From: Stegostoma tigrinum
Lineage: Eukaryota
Length of the DNA stretch: 64,000 nt
Reading direction: 5' to 3'
Assembly: GCF_030684315.1 (NCBI RefSeq)
Contig: NC_081375.1
Span: 31,113,073-31,177,072, forward strand
The position numbers and the translations under genes were made by a program. The notes beneath the pieces are model-generated. The model searched no databases. It was not told where the DNA came from and saw only the letters and a program-made list of their open reading frames with translations. Below, piece by piece: positions 1 to 14,175 of the stretch (its first letter is position 1; each line of letters begins with the position of its first letter).

Positions 1-1124
1 CCTATTCCAAACAGATGATCTTTACTTTATTGCTTGTCTTAATATTTCCTTTATCTACATCACCATAGACATTTGAGGCTGAGGCATACAGATTCGTATG
101 ACTCGGGTAATCACCAGGTATAGAGATGAGATACGAAAGCATAGTTAAAGCAAAAAGATCTCCCAGCATTGTACTGAATTGGGAGGGAAGCTCCAACACC
201 TTCTGGTCGACTCCTGCTTCTACTTGGTTTTTGCATGTTTCAATGGAATTTGAAAAAAAGGACTTCTTCAATACATTTAACAGTTTCCCCTCCTTAAAAA
301 CTGCTGCGAACTAGGTTACTTTTATCCCATTCCATATTTTAATATTCAAAGTGAAAATTGTTAAATTTTAGTTAATTTTCCTCAGCAGTCTGGGATCATT
401 CTCCATCTTCAACACGGTCCAGGTATTTGTTTCCCTATTCCACTCAGTTCATTTCTCCCATTCTTGTCTTATTCACTACTGTTTTTGGAAGGGACTTTTA
501 TTTACTTACCACAACATTTGCTGTACACTATTTATCTCATTAATCTCCCAGTACCAGTAGCAGGTCTCAAGTTTAAAAGGAGAGGTCTGAGATTTCTGGT
601 AAAGCATAACTTTAAAATTCAGATCTTTGCTTTGGTTTAGCATGTGAAGATGTTTAACACAATGATGTTAGAGTAATCATGTCAGCTGAAATCAACATCA
701 GTTTAATTAGCCCCAACAATTCTTTTTCTCACATTTTCTTTTAACTGCTAGAAAAATTAGCAGACAATTTGAAGACTTGAAATGTAAGGGGATATTCCCC
801 CCTCAAGACGTTTAAAGCAACAACAGAAGCACCATTTCTTAGCTTTCCATGTTACTGTTGCTCAGCTCAGTAGGCATTCGCTTACTGCGGTTTTAGAAGA
901 GAATATTGTTCTGGCACCTCCAAACTCCCGAGTATGATCGTTCGCATTACCCTCTTACTACCTCTTAACTTTTTTGTTAATCCTTGTTTACCATGTGTTT
1001 TGTGAAGGCAGACAAATTTCCACTTCTCCACTCTCAAATACAAGTCTTTTTCAGAAGTCATCACTCCTCTAGATCGAGTTAAATTATTTACATGTTTAAC
1101 AATCACTTTCCAATCAAATTTAGA

Positions 1125-3190
1125 GCTAGGGAGTTACAGTTGTACAGCCAGAAGACACCCTTCAGTCCTACCCTTCCATGCCAGATATCCTAAATTAATC
1201 TAGTTCCATTTGCCAGCATGACCCGTATCCTTCTAAATCCTTCCTATTCGTATACCCATTCAGATGCCTTTTGAACAGTGTCACTGTACCAACCTCCATT
1301 ACTTCCTCTGGCAGCTCATTCCATACACACACCACTCTCTTGCATGAGCAAGTTGCACCTTACGCCCCTTCTACATCTTTCTCCTCCCATCTTAAACCTA
1401 TGTCCTCTAGTTTTGGAATACCAACCCTGGGAAAAAGACCTTGGCTTGTTAGTGCATCCACGCTCGTCACAATTTTGTCAACATCTATAAGGTTACCCCT
1501 CAGCCTCTGATGCTCCAGAGAGAAAAAGAAACTCCCAACCTTTTGCAGTGGATACAGTAGACCACATTAGTGAATGTGCAAGTGAACCTGTCTGATGTGG
1601 AAAGTTCTTTTTGGTCCTTGGATGGTGATGAGGATTTTTTTGGTGGCACCATGTAGCACTTTCCACAGGGAAAGGTGCTGGGGCTAGTGGGGAATCGTAG
1701 GCCGAACCTATGCCTACCTCTTTGTAGCATACATGGAACAGTCCCTCTTCCGCAGCTACAGGGGCACCATGCCCGACCTCTTACTTCGTTACAATCATTG
1801 ACTGTATTGGCACCGGCTCGTGCTCCCATGAGGAGCTTCAGCAGTTCAACTTGACTAACAACTTCCACCCCAACCCTCAAGTTCACAAGGACCATCTCTG
1901 AAACCTCTCTTTACTTCCTGCACCTCTGTCTCCATCTCTGGTGACCAACTCAAAACTGATATCTATTTCAAGCCCACCGACTCCCAAGCTCCCCAGACTA
2001 AACCACCTCTGTTCCTGCGAAAATGCGATCCCCTACTCTCAGTTTCTCCACCTACGCCACACCTGCTCCCAAGATGGGGTGTTCCATTTCCGAACACCCC
2101 AGATGTCCTCTTATTTCAAGGAATGTAACATCCACACCTCCCCTGCCCCTGCAATCTGACCCCACAACCAAGGATACATCTCCCTCCCCACTCCTATCTC
2201 CTTCCACAGGGACCGCGCTCTCTGACTCCCTCGTCTGCTCCACACTTCCCACCAGTCCCACCACCCCCAGCACCTTTCCCTGCAACCACAGGAAGTGCTA
2301 CAACTGCCCCTACATCTTTCCCCTGACCTCCATCCAAGGACCCAAAAAACCTTACGCATCTGACAGAGATTCACCTGCACATCCGTTAATGTGGTTTACT
2401 GCATCTGCTGCTCCTCACGTGGCCTCCTCTACATCGGTGAGACCACGCGGAGGCTCAGATTCGCGACAAATGACACCTTCCAGTTGCAAACCATTTCAAC
2501 TCCCCCTCCCACTCCCACTCCCTGGATGACGTGCATCCTGGGCCTCCTCCAGCGTCACGGCGATGCCACCTGAAAACTGAAGGAGCAACCCCTTATATTA
2601 CATCTTGAGAGCCTACAACCCAACGGTCTCAATGTGGACTTTACTCGTTTCAAATTCTCCCTGACCCCAGCCTCAGCCCACAACTAACCCTCCCTCTCAT
2701 TCCTGCCTCCTTTACCTGTCCGTCTTCTCTCCCACCTATCTGCTCCACGCACCTCACTGACCAATTCCCACCACTGACTAGCTGCACTCACCTATCACCA
2801 TCCCACCTACCTTCCCTAGATCCCCCACTCCTCTATTTATTTGAGTTCCCTCCCCTCCCTCCCCCACTTCTGAAGGACCCCAACGCGAAACGTCAGTTTT
2901 CCAGCTCCTCAGATGCTGCCTGGCCTGTTGTGTTCCTCCAGTTCCACACTTATCGCAGACTCGAACATCAGCACTTCTTACTACCACCCAGGCTTTTCAG
3001 GCTGTCCACATAGCTCGAACCCTCCAACCCCAACAACATCCTTGTTAATCTTTTCTGAACCATTCCTATAGCAGGGAGACCAGAGCTGATGGCAGTATTC
3101 CACAAGTGGCCTAACCAATGTCATGTACAGGCACAACATCCCATCCCAACTCCTACACTCCATGCATCAACCAAAAAGGCAAGTGTGCTA
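1125..3190 (-). mobile_element. CR1-type LINE 3' fragment (about 1125-1535 and 2981-3190) split by a Penelope insertion
   Basis: Minus-strand LYMTLVRPLVEYCHQLWSPCYR at 2981-3163; the CR1 3' end continues at 1125-1535. Confidence 0.75.
1540..2980 (+). mobile_element. Penelope-like element (Neptune-type), degenerate, with an inverted 5' segment (~1540-1712)
   Basis: RT-thumb remnant (KPT...AIPYSQF), Cys linker FPCNHRKCYNCP, GIY-YIG VYCICCS..GLLYIGETTRRL; the minus ORF 1500-1895 repeats FPCGKCY...FTCTFTNVVYCIHCKR. Confidence 0.85.
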
Positions 3191-3547
3191 TCTGACAAAC
3201 ATTCTACCAAGCCCAAGCACAACTAATGGTTTGGCTCAGAGTATGGAAAATAAATAACTCTGCATTTGAAAATCCTTTGAATCTATCAGTCTTGCTCCAC
3301 AGTAGAAGTTATTTGGATGAAAGATGTTCCACTTTTAATAAATGGAGTCAAATACAATTCCCAATCATGTGATCAAAGCAAGGATGTATTGTTACCTCTT
3401 CAATTGATTTCAGGGTAGTGCAACATGCATCAGCTTATAGTTCTTCCAAGTTATCAGAACCAAATATGTTTAACCACAAATGTTTCTTTTGGTTTTTCCA
3501 CATCCAGTTGTACTGATGATTCACAACAGATTTTTTTGTTTTTAACT

Positions 3548-3850
3548 GGCACAGTGGCATGTCACAGCCATGTCAATTCTAGCCTTGGATCTGGGTGGAG
3601 TTTGCATATTTTCCCCATGTCTTTCTGCCAAGGTGCTCCAGTTTCCTCCCACTGTCCAAAATGTGCAAGTTCATCGGACTGGCCATTCTAAAATGACCCC
3701 GTAGTGTCCAGGGATATGCATGCTGCATAGATTAGCTGTAGTAAATGCAGGTTCCAGGGATGGAGCTGATTCTGCATGAAAGGTCATTCAGAGGGTTGAT
3801 GAGGACTCAAATGGGCCAAATGTCTTCTTTCTTCACTAAGAGTTTATGAT
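3548..3850 (+). mobile_element. V-SINE (HE1-like)
   Basis: GTGGAGTTTGCATATTTTCCCCATGTC...GGTGCTCCAGTTTCCTCCCACTGTCCAAA V-domain-like core, CR1-like tail. Confidence 0.7.
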
Positions 3851-3917
3851 TTGGCAAGATTCACATAATATATTACAGCCTACAAATTATTACAATTACT
3901 ACTGAGGACACCAATCA

Positions 3918-4145
<228 letters not shown>

Positions 4146-4389
4146 TCAATGGAGCAAACTAAAATAAGTCCAGAGCTTGCAGTCAGTGACAAGGGGATCC
4201 CTGATCAACGAGGAAGCTGGCAAGATAAGTCAAGCAATCCTTGTAGAACAAACTGAACCAACCCTATGCCAGCTTAATACCACTGCTAGCTATTGGGGAG
4301 GCTCCCATTAGCTCTGATTTCATGTTGGAAAAAATGAACAAGTCACAAGAAAATTTTGATAGGCAGTAAACTGGTTTTACCGTTTTAAA

Positions 4390-4745
4390 AGAAAAAACAG
4401 AAAAACCTAGAGAAACTCAGCAGGTCTGACAGCATCTGAGGAGAGAGGAAAAGAGAGTTAACCACTTGAGTCCAAAGGCTCTTCTTTGGAACTGAAGGGA
4501 GTTGTCAAGTTATTGATTTTTTTGTTGACAAAAGGGGCAGGAAGAGTGGGGGTGGAATACAGATTGAGAGGGTGCCCACAGTCCCAGGATGAGCTCTCAC
4601 TTTGCAACAGTATAAAAACACAGTTTTCTAGCTGCTTGTTTCTCAACAATCTCCAGACTTGAAACATGAACTCAATTCATTTCTTCACAGATGCTACCAG
4701 ACCTCAAGAGTTAATAGCATCTGCAAAATTTTGCTTTTTATTTGT
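4390..4745. mobile_element. Short Penelope-derived element with inverted ends
   Basis: AACTCAGCAGGTCTGACAGCATCTG...GAGTTAAC at the left end, inverted CACAGATGCTACCAGACCT at the right end. Confidence 0.55.
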
Positions 4746-5266
4746 GGTTTTACCATTTAAATTTCACAATCTTACTGGAGTTGAAACAAAAATTGGGCCA
4801 CATACATGGAAATATTGCGCCAGGTTCAACTTAGAAGCTGATTTTCAAGATTGAAAATTAATTTTTAAACATGTATGAATTTTCATTACGAAATTGAGAA
4901 ATCAGTTATTAGACTCGTTTTTCAAGTTAAGAGATCTTGTCACATAACACCTATGAACATAGCATGCCAAGAAACTCAGTTACATCTCATTTTAAATAAA
5001 CATCAGGTTTTCCAAGAGTTTCCCTGTTAGAAATCAAGTAACTCAGCAATACTCAAATCTATGCTGTCTGTATTTCTCAACCACTTATTACTCTAATAGG
5101 TGTAAGGCAATTTATATATTGTAACAAAACTGAAATGTAAAAACAAGGAAATACAATTTTCCCATCGGTAACACTTCGTGCACATGTGCTATCACTGACC
5201 CACTGTAAACAATCAATACCAATAGACTGTTGCACTTCATAAAATTAACTCTCATGCTGCGATTAC

Positions 5267-5402
5267 CTGTACCACTTTCTGGATAGTTTAGGTCGCCCCC
5301 TAACAGTTTTATGCCAAACAACCGGAAAGTTGGTTGCACTGGCGAAGTTCTGAGTAACGGCAATAGTGTGATCCATATTGAGTACCACATGCCACCATCC
5401 AC
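5267..5402 (-). CDS. JMJD6: JMJD6 coding exon 4 (third Fe ligand H273, AT-hook-like RGRP)
   Basis: tatttcag|(G)[44 protein letters not shown](R)|gtaatc; 136 nt. Confidence 0.97.
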
Positions 5403-5454
5403 CTGAAATATAAGAACTGTATGTAAGGAAGTCATTTCTGAATCTCAATACATT

Positions 5455-5830
5455 TTCAATCACAGAACACAGGGTATGTTATAGAAACATATAAAATTAT
5501 GAAGGAAATGGATAAAATAGCAGCAAGGCTGTTCCCACTGGTCGGTGAAATTAGAACTAAAGGGCATAGCGTCAAAATAAGGTGGAGGAGATTTAAGACT
5601 GAGTGGAGAAGGAACTTAGTCACCTGAAAGGTCGCGAATCTGTGGAATTCCCAGACCAGTAAAGCAGTTGAGGCTTCCACTTTGAATGTTTTGAAGGCAA
5701 AAATAGATTTTTGAACAGTAAAGGAATTCAGGGTTACGGAGAGCAAGCAGGTAAATGGAGCCGAGTCCACAAAAAGATCAGCCATGATCTTAACAAACCG
5801 CTCGATGGGCCCGCTCCTATTTCTCATGTT
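5455..5830 (+). mobile_element. CR1 LINE 3' end fragment
   Basis: ATAGAAACATATAAAATTATGAAGG...AGGCTGTTCCCACTGG...AGGGCATAGC..AAAATAAG typical CR1 RT C-terminus and 3'UTR. Confidence 0.75.
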
Positions 5831-6690
5831 CTTATTAATGTATATAAAACATGTACATAATCAAGGCCTCACTTTGCTACAACTTGGTGAAAAGTGTCAG
5901 CTTTCTCAGCACAATCTGTCCTCAAATGAGGAACCCAAATCTTCCAACCTCAAGAATCGATACTGTCAAACACTGTCAAGCCAGGATCCTTCAGCAAGCC
6001 AGAGTTAGCATACCACTACCCTATCCATGCAACTTGTTCCAGATCAAACCTAAATTTAAGGAAAAGACCATCCAGATGGATTCTTACAATCTGGTTGTGA
6101 ATTAGCTGCAGTAGAGAAACAGAAAAATGTAGACTTAATATTGTTCTTCTAATATACTGCAAAAGTAATTCACGTTCACAGGTGATCAAAGCTGAAGATG
6201 TAGGAGGCAGACTGCACTGTAACGTGCATTTTGAAAAAGCCCACAAGGAAGATCAGGAAAATGAAAAATGAGTCAAATGAATGAATGTGGAGGTATTCTT
6301 TGGAAAAGAAAAAAAAACTTCTTAGAAGACAACTGGCTGTGGAGAACCCATCACGTAATACTAGAGGGTACTAACTTTTTCCTTTAGACAAATTTCCCAA
6401 ATCCTTTAATAAAGAAATGCGATTACAGTGTGCAGCCCTTCAGATTCTGAGGGCCAGAGAGCAGCTGAAATTCATGGCCAAAATGATTTAAAGTCAAGCT
6501 AAAATTCTGAAATAATTTTGAAAGAATGAGAAAATTAATCCAAAACAGGGAAACAGAGGAGGAAGTTATAAATTTGTGTCATCTAAAAGCAACAATATCA
6601 TGTTTTCAATCAGAAATGATGCCCGTGTGTCATAAGCAGAGTATTAACCCCACTTTATAACTAAACTTATCCTTTCTAAAAAAAAGTCAC

Positions 6691-6977
6691 CTGGCACAAA
6701 GACAGTCTCCCCTGGCTTCTGAAGGATTTCTAAAGGCTTAAACTCCCGGGGCCATGTCAGTTGCTGTGTCCGAGGGTAGACAATGACAAACCACGTAATC
6801 GCCTCATCTTGTTGGTTTCCACCTTCTTCCCTGGTTATCTTGATAAGTTCACGTGGTGTATTTGTAGGGAACAAACACCAACGCTTGTGACCCTGAACTA
6901 AAGCATTCCATGCACTTGTTCCTAAAGGATCAATATGGACTCCAGTTCCAGACCTTGGAGGGCCCATGACAAACCAT
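6691..6977 (-). CDS. JMJD6: JMJD6 coding exon 3 (JmjC, Fe-binding H187-x-D189)
   Basis: ttttag|(R)[26 protein letters not shown]...PGETVFVP(G)|gtgact; 287 nt, frame consistent. Confidence 0.97.
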
Positions 6978-9057
6978 CTAAAAAGATAAAACATTGGTAT
7001 TATTGTTAGTTTTACCTTTTACAAGAGTAAATGTAAGTTTTTGTCACTGCCAACTGCCATGTTATTCGTAATCAAAACGCAACTTTTTTTAACAAGTTCT
7101 TCCTCTGCAGGTATGTGTCTTTGCTTTCCTCTTCAAACAAATACTCAAGCAGTTATTCAGAGCATAACATTTCAATTATCTTCCACTTGGCATCCAGTTG
7201 TATATATGCCTATGCCTTGTGCCAATTGCTGAAAATCAGCAATTCATACAAGAATGAGGACACAATATTAACTCATCTTTGATCAGGGTATTAACTATCT
7301 GAAACTTGACTGCTCACATACCATCCCACCTCATATCTCACTTACTTTTTAGCTCTGTTGACCTCCGCCTATTCCTTATCCCAAAACATTAAATCAAGCT
7401 TATTGTCCTAGTTATAAATCCTTGAATGGCCCTGTACCTCTCACACGCTCCACTTTTTATCCTGACTTCCCGTCCTATCATTTTCTGACTTATTCCATTC
7501 ACATCCCTTGGTACTCTGCTCTGAGTATCAGAGCCTTCAATCTTCACTATTGTTTTCTCTGGAATTCACTTCTGAAATCCTATGGTTCCAACCGGTCTTC
7601 TACAGAAAAAAAATGAATATTTTGAAAAGGCACAAATGACTTGTTCAGATCTAGAACTATTGACTGGTGTTCATTACTACTGCTTTTATGAAAACCATGC
7701 TGGTATTCTTTCTTAAAGATGATACGCAAGATCAAGTTCTTGGCTCTTCTTTCAAAGTAATTGTCAATAATTCCCTAAAACATAATTTAATTGCAGACAA
7801 CTGAGTTTTTCTGGAGCAGCCAACAGAGTTCTTAGTATTCTGTTGCAATTTGGGCTCAAGCAGATTATGAACTACTTAATTACTCCAAGGATCCTTCGTA
7901 GACTATGTTAAATTATTCTTGTTGTAATTTCAAGACAGGAGACCAAAATACAACAGGATAGTTGGTGCTGAAAGTTAACATGTCGCTAGATGCAGAAAAG
8001 CATGAGGTGAGGTCTTAGGTTTATTTTTGGGATGAAGTAGAGTTTTGTGCACATTTAACTGCACTATGATGTTGATGTTGACACCACATGCCTCAAAATT
8101 GAAGAATACCCTTTTCCAACATTTCTGTTTGCTGAGTACAGTTTACAGATAAGCAACACCTACTTGCCACAGATTTTAAGCCAAGTTTGACCACGTGATC
8201 ACACTGAAAAGCAAAATTTGTTTTCTCCTGTGGTATCAATACAGGTATGCTGATTCAAGTGGAATCAATAGAAATGCAATGAGATACTTGACAAGTAGAT
8301 GGGATAGGCCACTTAGATTTGAGATGAGGAGACATTTATTCACTTCGTACTGGTAAGGCTGTAGAATTCTCTGCCATACAAAGTGTTTGAGGCCAAAACA
8401 TTTAATTTTTCAGGGAATCTGATATAGTTCATATGTTTAAAGGGAGCCAAAGCTAGGTGAGAAAGCAGGAACAAGGTACGGAGCTAGATGATCCGCCATG
8501 ATCACATTGGATGGTGCAGCATGCTCAAAGGCATAACAAGCATACTGTTCCTCCTATTTTCTACATGGAAAACAGTATGGAGTTTTGGTCATTTTCTTAA
8601 AACTTTGATTCTGTGCATCTCTCTAAATATACAATTTTTATTTGGCTACTTGGATGAAGATGTTAAAAGGGCAATTATGTTAAAAGTTCTGTCATAGTGA
8701 AAGTTTTTTTTTGGAAAAATTCTGCCAATCCAACTTACACAGCATAATTCATTACGAATAGTGTTAAAATGTTAAGACAGCCTTTGTTTTGTTTCATAAC
8801 AGATAACATTTATTACCACTCAGCTAGATGGAAGACATGTCACAGAAGTATTGTTCTACGTTAAACACTATTTTAGTCGAATGAAATGTTGGTTTCTCGG
8901 GTTCCAAAAGAGATCTCCAACTAAGACCTATTCTACATCACTAGAAATTCACCATGGAAGGTCTGGGATACAACAGAAGACACTGTGTATGCTCTTGGGC
9001 CAACATTACAGCTTTCCAGTAATTAATCATCAAGGGTGGCAGTTTAAGTGCTGTTAC

Positions 9058-9446
9058 CTGTATGGAGGTCTTCGCTTTTCCCCTGCAAACTGGAACAAAT
9101 CATCCTTAAAATACTTTGGAACGTCATAATCCTCTAATAGTTTTTTCCTTTTAGGGTGTTCCCCGTAACTGCTATCAAAAATGTAAAGAGGACTATCATC
9201 TTTTGTAGTTTCCATGTAGTCAGCATAATACTTCATCTTCATTTTAACAGAGTAGCCATCATTGTCTTCACCACATTTAAATTTTTGATTTCTGTACTTG
9301 CGCTTTAATCGTTCTAAAGTCCACTTTTCATGCGCTGCCCAACCAAGTTCAGCATTTAACACCACCACAGGCTTATATGGTTTTTCATACTTCTCGATGA
9401 ATTCTTCAACTGATGTCTGGAGGGCATCTATCCTTTCTACATTATC
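9058..9446 (-). CDS. JMJD6: JMJD6 coding exon 2
   Basis: tccttttattacag|DNVERIDA...[34 protein letters not shown]...RRPPY(R)|gtaaca; 389 nt. Confidence 0.97.
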
Positions 9447-9596
9447 CTGTAATAAAAGGAAAAATACATTCACCATAAAACTTTTGACTTTGGAAACGTT
9501 GGCACTGATAAAATCCAGATTGAGCCACTGCAGGGAAGTAGCCACAACTCAGGCAATGCAAGGACTCAACGACAGGGCTCAATTGTAGCCTCAAGC

Positions 9597-9822
9597 GTCT
9601 GTGTGGAATTTGCACATTCTTTCCTTGTCTGTACGGGTTCCCTCTGGATATTCCAGTTTCCTCCCACAGTCCAAAGATATGCAGGTTAGGTGGATTGGCT
9701 TTAGAAAATGGAGGGTTGCAAGGATAGGTACGAGGGGGAGTCTGGGTGGGATGCTCTTTGGACAGTCAATGTGGACTTGTTAGGCCGAATGGCCTGTTTC
9801 CACTTTGTAGGATTCTATGATG
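9597..9822 (+). mobile_element. V-SINE (HE1-like), 5'-truncated
   Basis: GTGTGGAATTTGCACATTCT...TTTCCTCCCACAGTCCAAAGATATGCAGGTTAGGTGGATTGGC. Confidence 0.75.
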
Positions 9823-11166
9823 ACATAGATTTCCCAGAAAATTGAGAAATTACAGATTTCTTGTATTTCAATAAGAACTTTAAATATCATTCAAACAAGT
9901 TATATTGTTTCCACCGAGGTACGTGCAATTCTCTAGCACTTAATTATAATACTTATTTTCCTTCGATCACCTGCAATTTATTAGTGCACTGAATTAAGAA
10001 TACTGGACTGTAACTTGCTATCTATTCATTGCTATTGATCGGTTAATATGTGATCTGATTATTAGTTATAAATTATCCCACAACTGCAATTTATTTTTAA
10101 GATACATAACTATTCTTAGTTGATATCTCCATTAATTGAATCTAGACTTCTGACTCTAGCTCTAAAACCTCTTCCAATGTCGTCCTGCATGGATAGAGAG
10201 TATAATTACATGAAACACAGTGTCCTCTTCAAATGAGCTGTTTTCCCCCACTCCCCCACAACTTGTCTTAAACTCACCTTTGTACATCATCTTGTGAACA
10301 CTGCACTTAAAGTGTACAACTGCACCACAACACGCTTCTCAACAATCACCAGTATAGATAATTAACTCTTACTGAAGTTGTTCACATCTAGAAATTATTG
10401 TGTCAATTCATATTAGAAAGGATGAATAGACTGAATGCCTCAGTTTGTACTGGTGCTCTAATATTCTGCAATTTTGATGCTCTTCCTAATTACTAACAAA
10501 ATAACATTATGTCTCATTTAATACCGTGGCAGTACACAACCAGATGTGGCAAGTTGCAGAGTAGGATCGCATTTGTTAACCAGTCTATTGGCTACTACCG
10601 TGCAAAAAAAATACGGAATATATTGCATTGGCTGCTTTTGTTTCCACACTTAAAACTGATGGGCTATTTAAAACGCTTCCAGTTAATTTTATTTAAGATG
10701 CTTCACCAAATGGGCCAGGTAGTGAAATCGTTACGTTACTTAGCTCGTAAGCCAGAGGCCTAGACAATTAATTACAAGAATTAGGATTTAGATCATATGG
10801 AACTTGGAGAATTCGAATTCAGGTTTGCAAAATTTAGAAAAATAAATATTCAACGCTTCCTCTAAATTCTCTTTGCATACAGTCCACTGGTTGTAACTCT
10901 AAGCCTGAAGACCAACTGGCCAACTCTGATTCAATGAAGAGTGTACAACTGCATGCTAAGAGCAGCATCCAGTGCAACTTGATTTGCGTTCATTGCCCTA
11001 AAAAATTTGCAATACAGCAATTGATCCATTAGCTCCATGCTGGTGGGTATGGTGCATACAAGCCTATCATGCATAGTTTCAGTGCTACATACGGTACATT
11101 GTCGATTCTTGAGGTCCATTGATATGTGTCCTTTCTCACCTATATGGTTCCTTTTGGGTAAGCAAT

Positions 11167-11475
11167 AGAATCATAGTCTCATAGCACAGAAACAGGCCCT
11201 TTGCATATTTCATCCATGCTGACCGGGTTTCCTAGCCAAACTAGTACCACTTGTCTGCAACTCCTCCAAACCTTTCCTATCCCTGTGCCTGTCCAAATAT
11301 TTTTTAAATGTTGCAGTTGTACATACCTCTATCACTTCCTCTGACAGCTCATCCCATATTCACACCAGCCTCTGCAAGGAAAAGTTGGCCCTCAGGTCCC
11401 TTTCAATTCTTTCCCCCTCTCACTTTAAAACTAAGCCCATTAGTTTTGGGCTTCCCTATGCTGGGGAAAGGGGCA
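11167..11475 (-). mobile_element. CR1 LINE 3' end fragment
   Basis: AGAATCATAG...CACAGAAACAGGCCCTT start; similar to 1125-1535, 30020-30270 and 51790-52370. Confidence 0.65.
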
Positions 11476-11965
11476 TTTCCCTTGCCACCAACCTCTCTCT
11501 TTTTTGGTTGTTATGAGATCTGAAGTTAAGTGGGCCTTTTGCAATACAAACTGAGGATTGGTGAGTAGCATATTATCAAAATAAAAGAGCAATTACTAAT
11601 GCCTAACATTTTGCCAAGTGAGTAGGCTAAAGGGCTGTAACTGGCTGGATTAAATTCGTTTAGTTTTAGGAGGACATGATGTAGCTGGACAATTTAACAT
11701 ATTGTCAGGGAGATGCCACTACATCTATACTGAAACAGGTTAGATAGATGTCAGCACAGGTTTTCAGCAGCTCATTTGGGAAGATGTTGGGCCCAAAGCC
11801 CTTGCCGCATTCAGTATGTTTGACCCCTTCTTACTGTATGTCGATTTAAGTGAACTATAAATTAGCACCTGTGGCTCATGCTGATCTCTGCTACTGTTGA
11901 AGATTGTTCCATCTCAAGGAGCCTCCTGACTTTTTTTTTCACAAAAAGAATTCTCTTTCTGGGGA

Positions 11966-12330
11966 TGGGCAGCACAGTGGTTAGTACTGCTATCTTACAG
12001 CATCAGGACCTGGGTTCAATTTTAGCCTTAACCAACTTCCTGTGCAGAGTTTGCCATTCTCTGTGTGGGATTCTTCCGGCTGCTTCCCATTTCCTCCCTC
12101 AGTCCAAAAGTGTGCAGATTAGGTGGATTGGCCATGATAAATTGCCCACAGCATCCAGGGATGTGTAGGCTAGGTGAGTTAGCCATGGGAAATGCAGGGC
12201 TACAAGGACACGGTAAGTTTGGGGGTGGGGGGGCGCGGGGGGGGTGGGGGGGGCGGTGTTGTTCTGGGTGGGATAGTGTAGACTAAATGGGCCAAAAGAC
12301 CTACTTCTTACACAGTGGGAAATCTATAAA
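11966..12330 (+). mobile_element. V-SINE (HE1-like), near full length
   Basis: tRNA-like head (GGCAGCACAGTGGTTAGTACTGC...GACCTGGGTTCAATT, A/B boxes), V-domain, CR1-like tail. Confidence 0.8.
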
Positions 12331-13304
12331 GGTCACTAAGCAGGCCAACATTTAATGCCCATTTCCAATTACCCTGGGAGATGTTAGCGAGATGCCCCCT
12401 CGAACTGCAACAGTCCATATGCTGCTGATACATCCACCACGTAGTGAGGCAGTTGAACATTTTAACCCAGTGACATGGAAGAAGCAGTGAGAGTTCCAAG
12501 TCCTAATGGTGGGTGGCTTGGAGAGAAACTTGCAAGGAGGTGTTCCCATATATCTGCTGCCCTTGACCTTTGAGATAATAGCAGTCACAAGTTGTAGGAG
12601 GTTTTGTCAAAGGAATGTTGGTGAGTTGCTGTATTGTGTTGATTCACACTGCTGTCACTGTATCTGTGGTGGCTCGGGTCAACGGGATGCCAAAAATAAG
12701 GCTGCTTTGTCTTAGGTAGTGTAAAGCTTTGTAAATATCATTGGAGCTGCACTTCTCCAGACAAAATTGGGAGTTCCCATTGTACTCCTGACTTGAATCT
12801 TGTCGATAGTGGACTTGTGTTAGGAAGTCAAGAGTTGAGTAATTTCTCCATTGTAGCAGAGTTACAAAGGTTGTTGGAAAAGTTGCTGCACAGGACTACA
12901 AACAAATGCTACTGTAAAAATAAATGATGCGACAACCTATGAAAATCAAGATTTGGGTCCTGACCCAAAACATCAAATAGCCTGCACCTCTGATGCTGCC
13001 TGGCTGGCTGTGATCCTCCAGCTCCACAATGTGTTATCTCAAGACCGGTCACCCTGTCACAACTTTTTAGGGAGGTTTTTCTTAAAAAAAACTTAAGGCC
13101 TGTAGGACAAAAGATACCAGTAGCACTGAAGTCTGAATGCAGCATTCAGCAAGAGTTGAGCTGAGCAGGATGAAGATAGGTCATGAAATGCAGGTTGAAG
13201 CAAGCAGTTTTAACAATTAAGATGTGGGCTTTGAGCTCAGCTTAGGTTAAATAGGAGAACACTGTGTCAGACAGTGAAGTGTGTTCTTTCAAACTGCAGT
13301 TCAC

Positions 13305-14175
13305 AGAACAATACAATGCAGAACAGGCCCTTCAGCCCTCGATGTTGCACCAACCTGTGAACTAATCTAAGCCCATCCCCCTACACTATCCCATCATCCA
13401 TATGCTTATCCAAGGACTGTTTAAATGCCCCTAATATGGCTGAGTTAACTACATTGGCAGGAAGAGTGTTCCACGCCCTTACCACTCCGAGTAAAGAACA
13501 TGCCTCTGACATCGGGCTTAAATCTATCACCTCTCAATGTGTAGCTATGCCCCCTTGTACAAGCTATCATCCTCGGAAAAAGACTCCCATTGTCCACCCT
13601 ATCTAATCCTCTAATCATCATGTATGTCTCTACTAAATCCCCTCTTAGCCTTGTTCTCTCCAATAAGAACAGACCCAAGTCCCTCAGCCTTTCTTCATAG
13701 GTCCTGCGCTCCAGTCAGGCAACATCCTGGTAAATCTCCTCTGCACCTTTTCACATCTTTCCTGTAATGGGGCAACCAGAACTGCACGCAATATTCCAAG
13801 TGAGGCCGCACTAGCGTTTTGGACAGTTGCAGCATGACATCACAGCTCCAGAAGTCAATCCCTCTACCAATAAAACCTAACACACCATAAGCCTTCTTAA
13901 CAGCACTGTCAAACTGGGTGGCAACTTTCAGGGATCTATGTACGTCGACACCAAGATCCCTCTGCACATCCACACTACCAAGAATCTTTCCATTGACCCA
14001 GTATTCTGCCTTCCTATTATTCTTCTCAAAATTAATCACCACACATTTATCCACATTGAACTTCATTTGCCACCTTTCAGCCCAATTCTGCAGTTTATCC
14101 AAGTCTCCTTGCAACATTCTTCCACACTGTCCACCACTCCACCGACTTTAGTGTCATCTGCAAACTTACTAACTC
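13305..14175 (-). mobile_element. CR1 LINE 3' portion (RT C-terminus), frameshifted
   Basis: ORFs LQGDLDKLQNWAERWQMKFNVDKC...LVRPHLEYCVQFW and LRGDLVETY...RGHSYTL; FADD motif at ~14155-14165. Confidence 0.93.

Noticed and set aside
11966-12030. tRNA-like A/B boxes
   Set aside because: SINE head, not a tRNA gene: no full cloverleaf, and followed by V-domain SINE sequence
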